Shown piece after piece: positions 41,135 to 41,334 of a DNA stretch of 41,334 bases. The stretch comes from an uncultured Candidatus Saccharibacteria bacterium. GTDB taxonomy: Bacteria; Patescibacteriota; Minisyncoccia; Phycocordibacterales; PALSA-1337. Within the stretch, counting starts at the first letter, position 1. The number at the start of each line of letters is the position of its first letter. The position numbers and the translations under genes are program-made. The stretch spans positions 1 to 41,334 of the forward strand of contig CAYGFL010000001.1 of NCBI GenBank assembly GCA_964349165.1, written 5' to 3'. The notes below the pieces were generated by a model, which saw only the letters and a list, made by a program, of their open reading frames with translations, was not told the origin of the DNA and searched no databases.

Positions 41135-41334
41135 ATGGCAGCAGAATTTAATCGTTCAAAACCGCATGTTAACGTAGGTACTATCGGTCACGTCGACCAT
41201 GGTAAGACTACTCTTACCACATCTATCCTCGCTGTGCAGGCAAAAGATGGTCTTGCTCAAATCAAGGCTTATTCTGATATTGCAAAAGGAGGAACTGTTC
41301 GAGACGCAACAAAAGTCGTTACTATTTCTCTTGC
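41135..41334 (+). CDS. tuf: Elongation factor Tu, 5' partial (runs off the window)
   Basis: [28 protein letters not shown]... G1 motif GHVDHGKT. Confidence 0.9.
   Translation, partial: MAAEFNRSKPHVNVGTIGHVDHGKTTLTTSILAVQAKDGLAQIKAYSDIAKGGTVRDATKVVTISL

Noticed and set aside
1-41334. Screen for rRNA genes, transposases, integrases, reverse transcriptases, toxin-antitoxin pairs and cas genes.
   Set aside because: None of the ORF translations showed the corresponding hallmark motifs (DDE, tyrosine or serine recombinase, YxDD, and so on), and no rRNA-like sequence was recognised.

Overview
This 41.3-kb window looks like a Patescibacteria/CPR-type (Parcubacteria-like) bacterial chromosome segment; that taxonomic call is inference from gene content and style only. 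It is densely packed with small genes and has seven tRNAs embedded inside operons. It also carries type IV pilus pilMNO-like genes, peptidoglycan genes, a DsbA-VKOR pair, a glycogen cluster and large S/T/P-rich surface proteins.

About 45 CDS are supported by recognisable family motifs, recalled from memory because no database searches were possible.

The most interesting content:
1. A GC-richer left block (1..~9650) encodes a primary-like sigma-70 fused to a DnaA domain-IV-like DNA-binding domain. It is divergently paired with two tandem paralogous SF2 helicases. Their cores are colinear, but their C-termini carry different four-unit repeat arrays: 4x treble-clef zinc ribbon versus 4x homing-endonuclease-associated helical repeat.
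2. A 68-nt tRNA-like gene has a G3:U70 acceptor stem and a T-arm but no anticodon loop (tmRNA TLD-like, no mRNA-like domain). It is preceded by four exactly phased 11-bp repeats.
3. Four tRNA genes end only 2-5 nt before the start codon of the next same-strand CDS, a tRNA-punctuation-like arrangement.
4. A eukaryotic-type phosphomannomutase (HAD) domain is fused to an alpha-glucan phosphorylase, within a glgA / GH57 / cupin-PGI cluster.
5. A GT39 PMT plus GT2 polyprenol-phosphate-sugar synthase pair sits next to S/T/P-rich secreted proteins.

No CRISPR array, rRNA, transposase or integrase was recognised.
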